Source of the DNA: Octopus sinensis | Taxonomy: Eukaryota | NCBI RefSeq assembly: GCF_006345805.1 | Contig: NC_043021.1 | Coordinates: forward strand, 15,934,001 to 15,998,000 | Reading direction: 5' to 3' | Length of the DNA: 64,000 bases | Shown here: piece after piece, positions 61,759 to 64,000 of the stretch | How positions within the stretch are numbered: position 1 is the stretch's first letter | How the letters are laid out: every line of letters begins with the position of its first letter | Notes under the pieces: model-generated | What the model saw: only the letters and a program-made list of their open reading frames with translations | Told to the model about the DNA's origin: nothing | Databases searched by the model: none | Translations under genes and position numbers: made by a program

Positions 61759-64000
61759 TAATGCAATGCGTGTGTGTGTATAAATACACATTTTTCTATT
61801 TACTCATTAAATTCTGTAATGGAGAGCAAGTGCCTGTAAACACTTAAGGGGCTTTGTGGTGACTGCTGACCTAGAATAGTGAAGTAAGACCCTACTCTTC
61901 TGGAGTCATTGAGTCCCATTAGGGTAACATGGTACATACTATGCTGCCACCACATGACTTGATACTACTTAGCTTTTACTTCATAGTAATTTGAAATCAT
62001 ATACTAGTTATAATTATACACCGTCTCGTTTAATTATTACTCCTCGTGTAATTGGGAGTACAATGCAGCAATAACAATGAATAATAGTTGTTTCTAATTT
62101 AGGCACAAGGCCAGCGATTTTGAGGGGAGCCATGTGGGGTGGGGGCTAGCTGATGCCATTGAAACTGGTACTTAACGGATACTTTATTTTATTGGTTCTT
62201 GGGTGACAAAAGGCAAAGTTGACCTTGCTGGGATTTGAGCTTCTTAAACGTAAAATGGTGGAATAAATACTTGAAGGTATTTTTATCTAATGATTCTGCT
62301 CGTTCAGTACCCTTAATAATGATGATTTCTGCTAAAGGCACAAGGCCTGAAATTTGGGGAGAGGGGACTAATCGATTACAGTGACCCCAGTGTTTCACTG
62401 GTACTTAATTTATCAACCTCAGAAGGATGAAATGCAAAGTCAACCTCGGCAGAATTTGAACTTGGATTGTCAAGACGGACGATATGCCGCTAAGCATTTT
62501 GCCAGTGTGCTAACAGTTCTGCCAGCTTGCTTCCTTAATAATAATTTCAAATTTTGCCACAAGGGCAGCTATTTTGTAGGAGGGGATGTGTCGATTACAC
62601 TGACTCCAGTGTTTAACTGGCATTTAATTTATCGACCCCGAAAGGATGAAAGGCAAAGTTGACCTCAGCAGAATTTGAACTCAGACCAGAAAAACAGACG
62701 AAATGCTACTAAGCATTTTACCTGCTGTGCTAATGATTCTACCAGTGCACCACCTTACACAATCATCATCATCATCATCATCACCATCGTTTAACGTCTG
62801 CTTTTCATGCTAGCATGGGTTGGACGATTTGACTGAGGTCTGGCGGACCAGATGGCTGCACCTGTCTCCAATCTGATCTGACAGAGTTTCTACAGCTGGA
62901 TGCCCTTCCTAACGCCAACCACTCCGAGAGTGTAGTGGGTGCTTTTACGTGCTACTGGCACGAGGGCCAGTCAGTCAGTACTGGCAATGGCTACGCTCAA
63001 ATGGTGCTTATATATATCATCATCATCATCGTTTAACGTCCGTTCTCCATGCTAGCATGGGTTGGACGGTTTGACCGGGGATCTGGGAAGCCAGAAGGCT
63101 GCACCAGGCTCCAGTCTTATCTGGCAATGTTTCTACAGCTGGATGCCCTTCCTAACGCCAACCACTCCGTGAGTGTAGTGGGTGCTTTTACGTGCCACCT
63201 GCACAGGTGCCAGGCGAGGCTGGCAACGGCCACGGTCGGATTGGTGTATTGGTGTATTGGGTTGGCAATGTTTCTACAGCTGGATGCCCTTCCTAACGCC
63301 AACCACTCCGTGAGTGTGGTGGGTGCTTTTACGTGCCACCTGCACAGGTGCCAGGCGAGGCTGGCAACGGCCACGGTCGGATTGGTGTATTTTATGTGCC
63401 ACCGGCACGGAAGCCAGTTGAGGCGGCGCTGGCATTGGCCACGAGTCGGATAGTGCTTTTTACGTACCACCAGACCCGGGATATATATATCAATAACATA
63501 CATACAACTAAACGTATAGATACATAATGAAATACTTATAGTGAATTTGAATTAAAGACGATTGCGGCAAATTGTTTAATGTTTTATACGTTTGACCAAT
63601 TTATTTCATTCTTCTGGGATCACATCAGAGTAATTGTCAAGTATTGAGGAATCAATCAAATTGACTTCACCTTTCACTCAAAGTTTTGCCTTTCTTGGAA
63701 ATCACTACTACCACTACTCCCACCACCACCGCTGTTTTAAATATTTCAGTGTATATGACACAGACATATTGTTATATCTCGCTCTGCTACTTTTAAACAC
63801 TCACACTCACTCACAAACATGAATATACTCGCATGCATAAATGCTTGTGCACACATGCATATGCACACTTACATATGCATGCACTATTTACACATAAACA
63901 CACATCCATATGCATGCACAACACTTACACATACACAATTAAATGCAGATTTATACACACACACACACACACACACACACATATCACTATTATCACTCTT

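Overview
AT-rich, repeat-dense animal genomic DNA. The SINE/LINE/MITE repertoire and (TA)n/(CA)n/(ATG)n microsatellite load are most consistent with an octopod cephalopod (inference, not a database result). Two host genes are recognisable, both on the + strand: the last two coding exons of TBL2 (4606-4792 and 9416-9452; the TBL2 reading frame is absent from the supplied ORF track) and the first coding exon of Mondo/MLXIP-ChREBP (28692-29320). A first intron of more than 34 kb follows, and I could not find exon 2 in the window. Between the genes, three phase-compatible minus-strand exons (10.5-11.9 kb) may be the 3' end of an unidentified gene. The rest is mobile DNA and repeats: an RTE LINE whose long 3' UTR matches the abundant (ATG)n-tailed repeats, CR1 and RTE fragments, several tRNA-derived SINE families, mariner/Tc1/Tigger remnants, piggyBac-like TTAA MITEs, Helitron-like elements, foldback elements, a 15 x 90-bp minisatellite and a 492-bp pure (CCA)n tract. 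No intact tRNA, rRNA or CRISPR array was seen. Almost all ORFs in the supplied track are spurious repeat translations.
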